Assembly (NCBI GenBank): GCA_030615505.1
Contig: JAUWZD010000002.1
Span: 2,436 to 66,435, forward strand
Direction: 5' to 3'
Source of the DNA: Spirochaetales bacterium
GTDB taxonomy: Bacteria; Spirochaetota; Spirochaetia; SZUA-6; DRHE01
DNA length: 64,000 nt
Under the pieces are notes generated by a model. That model did not search any database. It saw only the letters and a list, made by a program, of their open reading frames with translations, and was not told where the DNA came from. Both the position numbers and the translations under genes were made by a program. Below, one piece after another: positions 21,055 to 30,919 of this stretch (position 1 is its first letter; each line of letters opens with the position of its first letter).

Positions 21055-23171
21055 TATGGGAAAAAATTGAAACAGACCCCGATGAAGTAAGGGAGATCGC
21101 CAGACAGAACGATCTTGACCTGATCTCCTCATCCATACTGATTAGAAGGAATTTAACGGACAGCCGTTCCCTACGTTTCCTGCTCGAGGATGATCTGCTT
21201 CTCCTTCACAATCCCTTTTTGTTCCGGGATATGGAGAAGGCGGTAAACCGTGTAAACCGCGCCATAGATCGGAAAGAGAAGATTATGGTTTTCGGCGACA
21301 GGGATGTAGACGGCATTACATCAACCGTTTTACTGGTCCAGCTCATAAGGGATTTAAGCGGCAGGGTTGAGTGGAAGCTTCCCGGGGAGAATGAAGACTA
21401 TGGGCTCACTCGCCAGGTAATTGAGGATTCGTCTGCCTCTGCCTGCAGCCTGATAATTACAGTAGATTGTGGAATCTCAAATATCGATGAAATAGCCTTA
21501 GCCAGGGAAAGAGGAATAGATACAGTGGTCATAGATCATCATATTCCACAGGATACGCTTCCTGAGGCCGCGGCAATAATAAATCCGAAACAGGCGGGAA
21601 GTACCTACCCGTTCAGAGATCTTGCAGGATGCGCTGTGGCTGCGAAATTTGCCTGGGCTGTGGTTTTCTCAAGCACGCCAATGTACGGCAAACCTGTGTG
21701 GCTTTTAAATATTAAACCGGACAACGAAACCTATTCTGTAGAAGCTGTAAAACTTGTGAACCTGGTGGAAAGAGAGCGCCTGGTTTTAAGTCTGCTTCCC
21801 GAACTTTCAAGCTCGCAGAAAAAACGGCTTTTACCCCTGATGTCGGCAGATGATATTGTAGTTTATGACTCAGCCGGCATGAGGAAACTTATAGACAGAA
21901 TAGGATTAGGTGCTGAGAACCTGAAGCTTACGGATATTCGTCCAATGGTAGGAAAATTCTTTCCGGATTTAGAGGGTAAGAGCCTGCTTAAAATCAAGAG
22001 CCTGATAAGGCCGGCCCAATATGGAAGCCGGGGCTCCGGTGAGCTTGATATGCTGATCAGCCTCCATAATACTGTTATACTGAAACAGGAAAATGCTCTC
22101 CTATCAAAGCAGAATTATTTTATGGATCTGGCGGCCTTAGGTACCCTGGCCGATTTGATGCCCTTAGCTGATGAGAATAGAATCATCGTGAAGAGGGGAT
22201 TGGAAGTTTTAAATCAGATGGGACGCCACGGCCTGCGCGAACTCATTATAAAACAGAGGCTTTACGGAAAGAGAATTACTACCACGGATGTTACCTGGCA
22301 GATTACACCGGTGCTTAATGCCGCCGGAAGGATGGGTGAGCCGGAAAAAGCAGCCTCTCTACTGCTCTCAAATGATCCACATGAGGTTGAAGAACTGGTG
22401 GATTATATTCTCGATCTGAATAGAAAACGAAAATATCTGGGAGATAATGTCTGGAAAAGATGTTTTACCCGGTTCAAAGAGAGCCTCGATAAGGCTGATG
22501 GGAAGTTTATCCTGGTCTATGATCATTCAATTCCAAGAGGAATAACCGGGATCCTGGCCTCCAGATTAATTAATTATTTCAAAGTTCCGGCCATAGCCAT
22601 TGCCGTAAGCCATGATAAAGCTGTCGGTTCTCTTCGCAGTCCGTACTCGCTAGAAGGATTTCTAGATCATTATGCCGATCTTTTTCTAAATTACGGCGGT
22701 CATGATTGCGCGGCAGGTTTCAGCCTGGCCAGTTCCATTATTCCCGAATTTGAATCGAGATTTTACAGGATGATAAGGGAACTTAATCCTCCCGATCATA
22801 GTGGAGAAAAATTGATCATCGATGCTGAGGTGCCTCCCGACTACCTCAATCCAAATTTAATCAGTGTTGTAGAGCTTTTTGAGCCTTACGGAGAAGGCAG
22901 CCCTGTCCTAATTTTCTTGACCCGGCAAGTTAGGATTGAAGCACTGGATATCATCGGTAAAAGCGGTATGTCCCACCTGAAGCTGCTTATCGGAGCCGGG
23001 AAATACAGATGGCCGGCAATTTACTGGAACGCGGCGGAAAGAGCCGGAAAGGATTTTACGGTTCACGACACTGTAGATATCGCATACCGACTGGCAAGAA
23101 ACTATTTTCAGAATACAGAAACCCTTCAGCTTACTATTTTAGATCTGAAACCATCCACAGGATGCCCATAG
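21051..23171 (+). CDS. recJ: Single-stranded-DNA-specific exonuclease RecJ. Its last 6 codons are supplied by repeat element B.
   Basis: DHH motifs (FGDRDVDGITS, VVIDHH) and DHHA1 (GGHDCAAGF). Confidence 0.9.
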   Translation: MIWEKIETDPDEVREIARQNDLDLISSSILIRRNLTDSRSLRFLLEDDLLLLHNPFLFRDMEKAVNRVNRAIDRKEKIMVFGDRDVDGITSTVLLVQLIRDLSGRVEWKLPGENEDYGLTRQVIEDSSASACSLIITVDCGISNIDEIALARERGIDTVVIDHHIPQDTLPEAAAIINPKQAGSTYPFRDLAGCAVAAKFAWAVVFSSTPMYGKPVWLLNIKPDNETYSVEAVKLVNLVERERLVLSLLPELSSSQKKRLLPLMSADDIVVYDSAGMRKLIDRIGLGAENLKLTDIRPMVGKFFPDLEGKSLLKIKSLIRPAQYGSRGSGELDMLISLHNTVILKQENALLSKQNYFMDLAALGTLADLMPLADENRIIVKRGLEVLNQMGRHGLRELIIKQRLYGKRITTTDVTWQITPVLNAAGRMGEPEKAASLLLSNDPHEVEELVDYILDLNRKRKYLGDNVWKRCFTRFKESLDKADGKFILVYDHSIPRGITGILASRLINYFKVPAIAIAVSHDKAVGSLRSPYSLEGFLDHYADLFLNYGGHDCAAGFSLASSIIPEFESRFYRMIRELNPPDHSGEKLIIDAEVPPDYLNPNLISVVELFEPYGEGSPVLIFLTRQVRIEALDIIGKSGMSHLKLLIGAGKYRWPAIYWNAAERAGKDFTVHDTVDIAYRLARNYFQNTETLQLTILDLKPSTGCP

Positions 23172-23221
23172 GGTGCCCACAGGGTGAAACCAAAACCAAA
23201 ACCATCCACAGGATGAAACCA
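23154..23221 (+). repeat. Repeat-element copy B: a 51-bp long form plus a 17-bp short form in tandem, inserted between recJ and the M23 peptidase gene.
   Basis: TCCACAGGATG CCCATAGGGTG CCCACAGGGTG AAACCAAAACCAAAACCA, then TCCACAGGATGAAACCA, then TG. Confidence 0.75.
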
Positions 23222-24300
23222 TGAGATCATCCCTGATTCTTCTACTGCTGTATCTTTCCTTCCATCTTCCGGCAGAGATCCTCTGCCTCAGTCCGGAAGA
23301 GGATTCATACTGTTACGTTTCACCGGAAGCGGATTACCTTTGGGCTGAAGGAAAACTGATGCCCAGGCAGGGGTTGTTCTCCTATTTTTCGGGGCAAGGT
23401 TCACACTTGCTTCCTGAAGTTATTTATTCTGAAGAATTTGACCGGGGGAATATACTCTGCGGATTTATTATTATCGATTGTGTTATTGAACATTTTTCCG
23501 TAGAGCTTGAGGATCAGGATGGAAATCCTATAGCAGAAGCTGGAGGATTTAAAATAGGTAATAGACAGGGATTTGAAGTTTGGTGCTTTCTATTGGGTAT
23601 CCCGAGTGATCTGACAGGGGGAATTTACAGGCTTACAATAATGGGAGGGCAGGGGAATCGTCATTTCCGTTACCTGGGAGCAGTAAAGGTAGGAGCTAAA
23701 CAGTACGCTTTTGAGCGGATTTTACTGGATAAGGGTCTTGAGGATCTGGTGTCAAAACCTGATGTGCGAAAAGTGAAAGAGGCCAGAAATTTAAGGGAAC
23801 TTCTTTTATCCTTTCGTTCTGATGCCTTCTATCATACCGGATCCTTTATACTGCCGGTTTCAGGAGCCAGGATAAGCTCCAATTTTGCTGCCAGGCGTAA
23901 ATATCAGTTTATGGGAGGAGGATTCTCTTCTGTTCATAATGGAATTGATCTGGCAGCGCCGCAGGGAACACCGGTTATGGCCTGCGGCTCCGGTAAGGTT
24001 GTTTTTGCAGGCTACAGGATCATGAGCGGTAATACCGTGGTGCTTGAACATCTACCCGGAGTATATACCCTGTACTTTCATCTACTGGATCTGAAGGTCA
24101 GGGACGGCGATATGGTGAAAAGCGGCGGGATCTTAGGAAGTATCGGCATGACCGGCCTGGCAACAGGACCCCATCTCCACTGGGAGTTGCGAGTTTCCGG
24201 TGTTGCAGTGGACCCCGGAGCCGTCCTTCAGTCCGGCCTTATTGACAAAACTGCCGTTTCAGGTATCATTAAAGAGATTATTTTAGAAGGAAGGAGGTGA
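23221..24300 (+). CDS. M23 family metallopeptidase (LytM domain), secreted.
   Basis: N-terminal signal peptide. [14 protein letters not shown] (HxxxD) and HLHWE (HxH) motifs. Confidence 0.85.
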   Translation: MRSSLILLLLYLSFHLPAEILCLSPEEDSYCYVSPEADYLWAEGKLMPRQGLFSYFSGQGSHLLPEVIYSEEFDRGNILCGFIIIDCVIEHFSVELEDQDGNPIAEAGGFKIGNRQGFEVWCFLLGIPSDLTGGIYRLTIMGGQGNRHFRYLGAVKVGAKQYAFERILLDKGLEDLVSKPDVRKVKEARNLRELLLSFRSDAFYHTGSFILPVSGARISSNFAARRKYQFMGGGFSSVHNGIDLAAPQGTPVMACGSGKVVFAGYRIMSGNTVVLEHLPGVYTLYFHLLDLKVRDGDMVKSGGILGSIGMTGLATGPHLHWELRVSGVAVDPGAVLQSGLIDKTAVSGIIKEIILEGRR

Positions 24301-24515
24301 TTTATATAGCTGCAATTACTGTAGGAGAAGATGAAGTTCTTGATAAGGCAATTAAGCGCTTCAAGCGAATGATTGAGAAAGAAGGCGTTATAAGAGAGTG
24401 GAAGAGAAGAGAGTTTTTCGAAAAGCCTTCTACAATTCGAAATAGAAAAAGAAAAGCTTTAGAGAGAAAGCGCTTAAAAAAAATGCGTAAAATCCATTCT
24501 TTTAAAAGATATTGA
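24297..24515 (+). CDS. rpsU: 30S ribosomal protein S21.
   Basis: [18 protein letters not shown]...[17 protein letters not shown] matches S21. GTG start overlaps the peptidase stop. Confidence 0.8.
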   Translation: MIYIAAITVGEDEVLDKAIKRFKRMIEKEGVIREWKRREFFEKPSTIRNRKRKALERKRLKKMRKIHSFKRY

Positions 24516-24525
24516 TTGAGTGCAT

Positions 24526-24554
24526 AAAGAGGTCTTTTAAAGACCTCTTTTTTA
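24526..24554. terminator. Rho-independent terminator between the convergent rpsU and ABC-ATPase genes.
   Basis: 11-bp perfect stem AAAGAGGTCTT / AAGACCTCTTT with loop TTAA, followed by a T-run. Confidence 0.6.
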
Positions 24555-25283
24555 TAGAATATGATCCAAAAATTTCCTGGTTCTTTCCTTCAGGGGATTG
24601 TTAAACAGCACTTCAGGGGGAGCAGTTTCTATTATTTCGCCGTTATCCATGAATACCACTTTATTTGCTGCTGCCCTGGCAAAGCCCATTTCATGAGAGA
24701 CTACCAGCATGGTCATGCCGTCCTCTGCAAGATCGAGCATGACATCTAAAACCTCTTTGATCATTTCCGGGTCTAAAGCCGATGTAGGTTCATCAAAGAG
24801 CATTACCTTGGGGTTCATGGCCAAGGCACGGGCAATTGCAACCCGCTGCTGCTGCCCTCCGGAGAGCTGATCCGGATAGGTTACTATTTTATCCAGTAAG
24901 CCGACCCGCTTTAAAAGCTTTCGTGCAGCCTCATTTGCTTCTTCTTCAGACATTTTCTTTACAATGCGGGGGGCCATGGTGATATTCTTCAAGGCATTCA
25001 GGTGGGGGAAGAGGTTGAAGGACTGGAATACCATCCCCACCTCTTCTCTGATCCTGCGTATATTGGCTTGAGGATCGGATACGCACTCATCATCAATCCA
25101 TATCTCCCCGGATGTGAGATTCTCAAGCCGGTTTATACAGCGGAGCAGGGTGCTTTTACCGCTGCCCGAGGGGCCGATCACCAGCACGACTTCCCCCTTT
25201 TTCACTATTATATTGGCATTGCGAACGGCTTCAAGCTTGCCGAAGCTCTTGTTTGCATTGATTATTCTAACCCTATCCTTCAC
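24552..25283 (-). CDS. Polar amino-acid ABC transporter ATP-binding protein.
   Basis: Walker [14 protein letters not shown], signature [15 protein letters not shown], Walker [12 protein letters not shown]. Confidence 0.9.
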   Translation of the reverse strand: MKDRVRIINANKSFGKLEAVRNANIIVKKGEVVLVIGPSGSGKSTLLRCINRLENLTSGEIWIDDECVSDPQANIRRIREEVGMVFQSFNLFPHLNALKNITMAPRIVKKMSEEEANEAARKLLKRVGLLDKIVTYPDQLSGGQQQRVAIARALAMNPKVMLFDEPTSALDPEMIKEVLDVMLDLAEDGMTMLVVSHEMGFARAAANKVVFMDNGEIIETAPPEVLFNNPLKERTRKFLDHIL

Positions 25284-26058
25284 GTTTTTGTAACCTTTCC
25301 TCCATTATCCCGACGAGTTTTGAGAAGAAGAGAGTAAGGATAAGATATACCAAAGCTACGACCGTATAGGTTTCAAAATAGTAGAAGGTTTTGGAAGCGA
25401 ATTCTCTGCCTCTTCTTAGAAGATCAGAAACAGCAAGGATGGATACTAAGGAGGAATCTTTAAGCAGGGCAATAAATTCGTTTCCCACAGGCGGAAGAAC
25501 TACTTTAACGGTTTGGGGCAGTATGATCCTTCTCATGGCCTGCATCCTGGACATTCCAAGTGCTAATGCTGCTTCCATCTGGCCCTTTGGAATGGACTGA
25601 ATTCCTGCCCGGAATATTTCACCGAGGTAGGCCCCGTAACAGACAGTCATGGCCGTGATGGCTGCTATCAGCCGGGGCACCCGGATGAGCTTTCCCATTG
25701 CGTAGTAGATGTAAAAGAGCTGTACTAAAAGGGGAATCCCGCGGATGATTTCAACATAAATGGTAGCGATTTTATTGACTACTTTATTGCGGGAGATTCT
25801 ACCCAGGCCGGTAAAAAGGCCCACGATGAGGGAAAAGATTATGGAGAGTACGGTTACCTGGAAGGTCCGCAAGATACCATCGGGCAGAAAGTAGATAATC
25901 TGCCGGTATGGTTCCGATCTGATTAGTGGGAGGATGATGAGCAGGCCCAGGGCCCCGAAAAAGGAGATCCGCCAGGCACTTAGGCCTGCCTTTTCCCCCT
26001 TTTCCGGGATAAGGGCCCCGTCCGAGACATCAATTTTAATTTTTTTTATCTCAGCCAC
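25273..26058 (-). CDS. Polar amino-acid ABC transporter permease.
   Basis: Multi-TM protein with the EAA-like loop typical of His/Gln/Glu-family permeases. Lies in an operon with the ATPase. Confidence 0.85.
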   Translation of the reverse strand: MAEIKKIKIDVSDGALIPEKGEKAGLSAWRISFFGALGLLIILPLIRSEPYRQIIYFLPDGILRTFQVTVLSIIFSLIVGLFTGLGRISRNKVVNKIATIYVEIIRGIPLLVQLFYIYYAMGKLIRVPRLIAAITAMTVCYGAYLGEIFRAGIQSIPKGQMEAALALGMSRMQAMRRIILPQTVKVVLPPVGNEFIALLKDSSLVSILAVSDLLRRGREFASKTFYYFETYTVVALVYLILTLFFSKLVGIMEERLQKREG

Positions 26059-26810
26059 TTTTCTTCAATTTCAGTGTAGGTGGGTGTGTTCAGGACCTTT
26101 TTAAGGCCCCGATTTATGGCTTCCAGCACCTCAGTGTTTCCCTTTTTAACGACAATGCCGTAGTACTCATCGGTGAAGGGTTTGCCGACGATCTTCAGCT
26201 TTCCCTTATAATTCTCATTCTGAAGTGCAAAATCGGCGGCCACGGGGGTGTCGGCCACGCATCCATCGATCCTTCCGTTGACCAGGTCCATAAAGGCGAG
26301 TCCTATCTCATCATAGGTCTTCAGATCTACTCCGGAAACCTCTTCAATGGCAAACGAGCCTGTAGTGCCGATCTGGGCGCCTACGGATTTACCCTTCATG
26401 TCTTCCAGCGTCTCCACCCCCTCGCTTTCGGTACGGACAATCAGAACCTGACCGGCGTTGATATACGGGTCAGAGAAATCCATGGTTTTCTTTCTTTCCT
26501 CCGTGATGGTTACTGAGGACATGACAGCATCGTATTGTCCGGCAGGAAGTCCGGCAAAGATGCCGTCCCAGGCTGTGTTCTTAAACTCCATCGTGAAACC
26601 GCCCGCTTCAGCGATGGCATTCATTAGATCAATATCGAAGCCCACAATTTCCTTGTTCTCATCTACCATCTCCATGGGGGGCCATGTAGCATCCGTGGCA
26701 ACTACAATATGGAGCTTTTCAACCTTTTCTTCTTTCTTAGCACATCCTGTCATGAGCAGTCCGGCCACTGCGGCCAGGATAACAAATAAAAGAATCGTCT
26801 TTTTCAGCAT
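26046..26810 (-). CDS. Amino-acid ABC transporter substrate-binding lipoprotein (family 3 SBP).
   Basis: Signal peptide with lipobox (LMTGC). SBP_bac_3-like sequence. Confidence 0.85.
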   Translation of the reverse strand: MLKKTILLFVILAAVAGLLMTGCAKKEEKVEKLHIVVATDATWPPMEMVDENKEIVGFDIDLMNAIAEAGGFTMEFKNTAWDGIFAGLPAGQYDAVMSSVTITEERKKTMDFSDPYINAGQVLIVRTESEGVETLEDMKGKSVGAQIGTTGSFAIEEVSGVDLKTYDEIGLAFMDLVNGRIDGCVADTPVAADFALQNENYKGKLKIVGKPFTDEYYGIVVKKGNTEVLEAINRGLKKVLNTPTYTEIEEKWLR

Positions 26811-26880
26811 AGAAGCCTCCTTATTAAATATAAATAATATATTAGATCATAATAGAATTGAGGTCATTGTCAAGTCAATC

Positions 26881-26940
26881 TACAGGGTGCCCACAGGATG
26901 CCCGCAGGGTGCCCACAGGGTGAAACCAAAACCAAAACCA
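26881..26940 (+). repeat. Repeat-element copy C (60 bp) in the divergent intergenic region upstream of modA.
   Basis: TACAGGGTG CCCACAGGATG CCCGCAGGGTG CCCACAGGGTG AAACCAAAACCAAAACCA, then TGG. Confidence 0.75.
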
Positions 26941-27003
26941 TGGAAAGTTTAAAAGAATTGCAACTCAGTTGCATAAATTTATTTTAACAGATATACTCAA
27001 ATT

Positions 27004-27744
27004 ATGAAGGATAGAATAATAATACGCAGTTTTGCCTGGTTATTAGCTTTAATGTTGTCCATCTCCACTATACAGCCCCTTCAGGCCGATGCCGATGTAG
27101 TGGCCGTTGCAGCGGGTATTGCTCCCTGCGTGGAGGAGGTTATGCAGGCCTTCATTGATCAGGGCGGAGAACAATTGCAGATGGTAAAGGGAGCCTGCGG
27201 CCCCCTGGCACGACAGATGGCGGCAGGAGCACCTTACGACCTGCTGCTTGCATCGGAGCCGCGCTGGCCGAACTGGCTGAAAGAAAAGGGTGTACTCCCC
27301 AATCTAATCGTTTTTGCCATAGGACAACTTACGTTATGGCACGATAAGGCTGCTCCTCCTGAGCTGGCTATCCTTAAGGGGTCGCTGGTAGCTGTGCCGG
27401 AACCGGAGACAACAGCCTACGGAATGCTGGCAAAGGAATACCTGATCCGGGAAGGACTGTGGAGAGATGCCCTGGAAGGCAAGAGAATAATCTTCTTAGG
27501 AAGCGCTCCCCAGGCAGTGCTGGCGGTTCGCCATGGAGCTGCTGCAGCTGCCTTCATTCCCCACAGTATGGCAATAAAAGCAAAGGGAAGCTGCCTGATT
27601 ATCCCTGGAGCAGTAATAGATCAGGTGGGGGGACTTCCACTGAAAGCTGGAAAAAGCGCTGGAGATTTCTGGTCCTTCTGCCGTTCCCGCAAAGCTGAGC
27701 CCATATGGCGCAGGTGGGGCTTTAAACCGGTGCAGGTTGAGTGA
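27004..27744 (+). CDS. modA: Molybdate/tungstate ABC transporter substrate-binding protein.
   Basis: Signal peptide, ModA-like length and motifs, and context with modB and modC. Confidence 0.75.
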   Translation: MKDRIIIRSFAWLLALMLSISTIQPLQADADVVAVAAGIAPCVEEVMQAFIDQGGEQLQMVKGACGPLARQMAAGAPYDLLLASEPRWPNWLKEKGVLPNLIVFAIGQLTLWHDKAAPPELAILKGSLVAVPEPETTAYGMLAKEYLIREGLWRDALEGKRIIFLGSAPQAVLAVRHGAAAAAFIPHSMAIKAKGSCLIIPGAVIDQVGGLPLKAGKSAGDFWSFCRSRKAEPIWRRWGFKPVQVE

Positions 27745-27750
27745 GGCTAA

Positions 27751-28395
27751 ATGAAACAGGCTCTAATCATAAGTCTAAAGGTGCTGGCCGTGGATATGCC
27801 CCTGCTGTTTCTACTCGGTACTGCCATTGGATGGATTTTGGCTAAGAAGCGCTTTAAAGGCAGGGAAATTCTCTCCCTGCTTGTACTGCTTCCTGTCGCC
27901 CTTCCACCATCTGTTCTGGGCCTCTACCTGCTTATGTTCATAGGGCATGTACCTTTTCTAAAGCATCTGGGATTGCTGTTCTCCTTTCCTGCCGCCGCAC
28001 TGGCGGCTTTGGTGCCTGCGCTTCCAATCATGATTCAGGCAGCTCGTTCCGGCTTTGCATCTGTGCCTGAGGAGCTTGAGGATGCAGCCAGAACTCTGGG
28101 CGACGGTGAGTGGCGTGTTTTCCGGCGGGTAACACTATTGCTCAGCCGGCGTTCCCTCGTGGCGGGACTGGCTTTAGCCTCAGCACGAACCTTAGGAGAT
28201 TTCGGTATTACACTCATGATTGCAGGCAACATCCCCGGCAGAACACAGACACTGCCGCTATATATATTCAGCCAGATGGAAGCGTTGGAATTTGCCAAAG
28301 CCAACCTGGCAGCAGCCTTGCTGGTTGTCGTGGGAATTGTGAGTCTGGCCTTGGTAAAACGCATGGAGGAGGGCAGGTATGAGCGCCTGGTTTGA
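27751..28395 (+). CDS. modB: Molybdate ABC transporter permease.
   Basis: 5-TM CysT/ModB-type permease of 214 aa. Confidence 0.8.
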   Translation: MKQALIISLKVLAVDMPLLFLLGTAIGWILAKKRFKGREILSLLVLLPVALPPSVLGLYLLMFIGHVPFLKHLGLLFSFPAAALAALVPALPIMIQAARSGFASVPEELEDAARTLGDGEWRVFRRVTLLLSRRSLVAGLALASARTLGDFGITLMIAGNIPGRTQTLPLYIFSQMEALEFAKANLAAALLVVVGIVSLALVKRMEEGRYERLV

Positions 28396-29494
28396 AGCAT
28401 CCCTGGACCATCAGGTAGGGGAATTCAGGCTTCAGATAGACCTCTTTCTGGAAAGAGAAATTGGAGTGCTATTCGGTCCCAGCGGCTCAGGGAAAAGCCT
28501 CACTCTGAGATTGCTTGCCGGACTCGACACCCCTAAACGCGGGCAGGTGCATCTGGGAGGACGACAGCTTCTTGAGGTGCCGGGCGGCATTATTCAGCCC
28601 CCCCGGCAGAGGAGGATCGGGCTGGTATTTCAGCAGCTTGCCCTCTTCCCTCACTTGAATGCACTGGAGAACGTGGCCTACGGACTTTCCGGGAGCAGAC
28701 GGTATGACATCGCACGGGAATGGCTGGCCAGGGTAGATCTTAAGGGCATGGACCAGCGCTATCCGGCACAGCTCTCGGGTGGACAGAAACAGAGGGTGGC
28801 TCTGGCCCGGGCGCTGGCGCCGGAACCGGATCTGCTGCTCCTGGATGAGCCTTTCAATACCTTAGACAGCCCCTTAAGAAGAAGCCTGCGAAGGGAATTA
28901 AAGCGTCTTCACCGGGAGACAGGAGTACCCCTGCTCTATGTTACTCATTACATTGAGGATGTCTGCTCTATGGGAGGCCGTATATTTTTCCTCAAAGATG
29001 GACAGCTTACAGGAAACATCAATGTAGACCAGCTATGGAACACCAGCTCTCAAGTCGGGGCCTGGCATGCCCTGGGCTGGGGGAATCTGCTCCACGGTGA
29101 GGTATGCCGGAGGGAGGGGGGCACATGGTTCGTATGGGGGGAGGGTGCCCTGGAGCTGCCCGCATCTGTACAGATCATGGGACCTGTATCGGTCTTTATT
29201 CCCCCGAATCATGTAAAGATTCTATACCAGGATATTCCGGTGGATCCGCAGCTTGTCCCGAACGTGATGCATGGGCGTGTGGTGGAGAGAGTCTCAATAG
29301 GAAGCACTACAAGCCTCTATGTAGCTGCTGCAGGATTGCAGTGGCAGTTGGAATTTCCCATTAAATCCTATGATCGTCTCGACCTGAAGGAGGGAGCTGA
29401 TGTGCGCATTGCAGTGAGGCCGGGATCTATTTCCCTTCTTGAGCATGACAGAGGAGGATCTGAATATGAAAATACGAATACTGCCCCTGGATGA
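28379..29494 (+). CDS. modC: Molybdate ABC transporter ATP-binding protein with a C-terminal TOBE domain.
   Basis: Walker [13 protein letters not shown], signature LSGGQKQRVALARAL, and a C-terminal Mo-binding beta domain. Confidence 0.85.
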   Translation: MSAWFEASLDHQVGEFRLQIDLFLEREIGVLFGPSGSGKSLTLRLLAGLDTPKRGQVHLGGRQLLEVPGGIIQPPRQRRIGLVFQQLALFPHLNALENVAYGLSGSRRYDIAREWLARVDLKGMDQRYPAQLSGGQKQRVALARALAPEPDLLLLDEPFNTLDSPLRRSLRRELKRLHRETGVPLLYVTHYIEDVCSMGGRIFFLKDGQLTGNINVDQLWNTSSQVGAWHALGWGNLLHGEVCRREGGTWFVWGEGALELPASVQIMGPVSVFIPPNHVKILYQDIPVDPQLVPNVMHGRVVERVSIGSTTSLYVAAAGLQWQLEFPIKSYDRLDLKEGADVRIAVRPGSISLLEHDRGGSEYENTNTAPG

Positions 29495-30488
29495 GGCACT
29501 GGGGCTTCGCCTCTCCCATGACCTCACCCAGATCGTCCCGGAAACAGGTTACAAGGGGCCCCGCTTTAAGAAGGGGCATGTTGTAACAGAGGAGGACGTA
29601 CCCACCCTGCGCACCATGGGCCGGGAGCACCTCTCCATTATAGAGATTAGCGAGGATGAAGTACACGAGGATGAGGCGGCACTGAGGCTCTCTGAAGTGC
29701 TGGCGGGAGAAGGTATGGAAGTAAAGGGTCCCAGTGAAGGCAAATGTGTTTTAGTTGCCTGTAGAGACGGCCTGCTTATATTTGATGAAGATATGGTCAA
29801 CCGGGTGAATGATGATCCTGAGTGGATTCTCGCCACACTTCCACCAAAGGTGCCGGTACACAAGGGGGAGCAGGTGGCGGCCTTCCGCATACGTCCTCTG
29901 GTTGTGCAGGAAGAGCAGGTGGCACGGGCTGAGAAAGCGGGCAGGAGCATTAACGTTCTCCCCTTCCTTCCTTTGAAAGTGGGACTTGTAACCACCGGCA
30001 GGGAGATTGCCGATGGACGCATTAAGGACACATTCCGGCCCAGGATGGAACGCAAGGCGGAGCGCTTCGGAGGAACATTGCTGGGACAGAGGATCGTGGC
30101 GGATGATAAGGATGAAATCTGCCGCAGCATTTCAACTTTCTTAGAAGAAGGCGCAGAACTGATTATTTGCACAGGAGGTATGAGTGTTGATGCTGACGAT
30201 CTTACACCTGCTGCGATCAGTGACGTATCTGATAAGGTGCTTTTCCATGGGGTTCCCTCCCTGCCGGGTTCTATGCTCATGCTTGGTGTAAAGGGAAGGG
30301 CGGCTATAGTAGGAGCCCCGGCTTGTGTCGTACATGACGAATGGACCACCCTTGACCTGCTTCTCCAGCAGCTCTTTGCAGGCCTAATACCGGCCATAAG
30401 AGAAATACGAAGATGGGGAGTCGGCGGGCTCTGCCGCCGCTGTGAAGTCTGTATCTATCCGAACTGTGCTTTTGCCCAACGCCCATGA
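29439..30488 (+). CDS. MoeA-like molybdopterin-binding protein (MoeA_N plus MoCF_biosynth domain) with a Cys-rich C-terminus in place of MoeA_C.
   Basis: LVTTGREIADGRIKD and ICTGGMSVD motifs. C-terminal CRRCEVCIYPNC. Likely start at ATG about 29466 (MKIRILPLDEAL). Confidence 0.6.
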   Translation: MSMTEEDLNMKIRILPLDEALGLRLSHDLTQIVPETGYKGPRFKKGHVVTEEDVPTLRTMGREHLSIIEISEDEVHEDEAALRLSEVLAGEGMEVKGPSEGKCVLVACRDGLLIFDEDMVNRVNDDPEWILATLPPKVPVHKGEQVAAFRIRPLVVQEEQVARAEKAGRSINVLPFLPLKVGLVTTGREIADGRIKDTFRPRMERKAERFGGTLLGQRIVADDKDEICRSISTFLEEGAELIICTGGMSVDADDLTPAAISDVSDKVLFHGVPSLPGSMLMLGVKGRAAIVGAPACVVHDEWTTLDLLLQQLFAGLIPAIREIRRWGVGGLCRRCEVCIYPNCAFAQRP

Positions 30489-30919
30489 CAGCAGAAGAAA
30501 TCCTTACAAAGGCCGGCGTGCGCCCCACTCATGTGCGGGATGCGGTTCTGAAGCGCCTCTATGAAGCAGGATGCCCGCTCTCACATGGAGAGATTGCAGC
30601 GCACCCGGGAATGAAGCGTTATGACCGGGTAACAATCTATCGCACTCTTTATACTCTTGAGGGAGCAGGGCTGGTTCACACCGTGCAGGGAATAGACGGG
30701 GCCTGGCGCTTCTGTGCACATCCTCCGGACCGTACAGGATGCCCCGGAAATCATCCACACTTTCTCTGCCTTAAGTGTGGGAAGATGCAATGCCTCACAG
30801 GGCAGCGCCTCCCCTGGGTAGAAGTGCCCGAAAGAGTTAGGGTAAAGGGAAAACAGTTGGTGATCTACGGGATCTGCACGGCCTGTGGTACGGCAGAGGA
30901 AAGGAATAAAAACAAATGA
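30485..30919 (+). CDS. Fur-family transcriptional regulator embedded in the Mo cluster.
   Basis: Winged-helix N-terminus (RPTHVRDAVLKRL), HPHFLCLKCG and CTACG metal-site motifs. Confidence 0.75.
   Translation: MTAEEILTKAGVRPTHVRDAVLKRLYEAGCPLSHGEIAAHPGMKRYDRVTIYRTLYTLEGAGLVHTVQGIDGAWRFCAHPPDRTGCPGNHPHFLCLKCGKMQCLTGQRLPWVEVPERVRVKGKQLVIYGICTACGTAEERNKNK

Noticed and set aside
13302-26940. Possibility that the 11-mer tandem units are a CRISPR array.
   Set aside because: The units are directly adjacent with no unique spacers and only two to four per locus. No cas genes are present.
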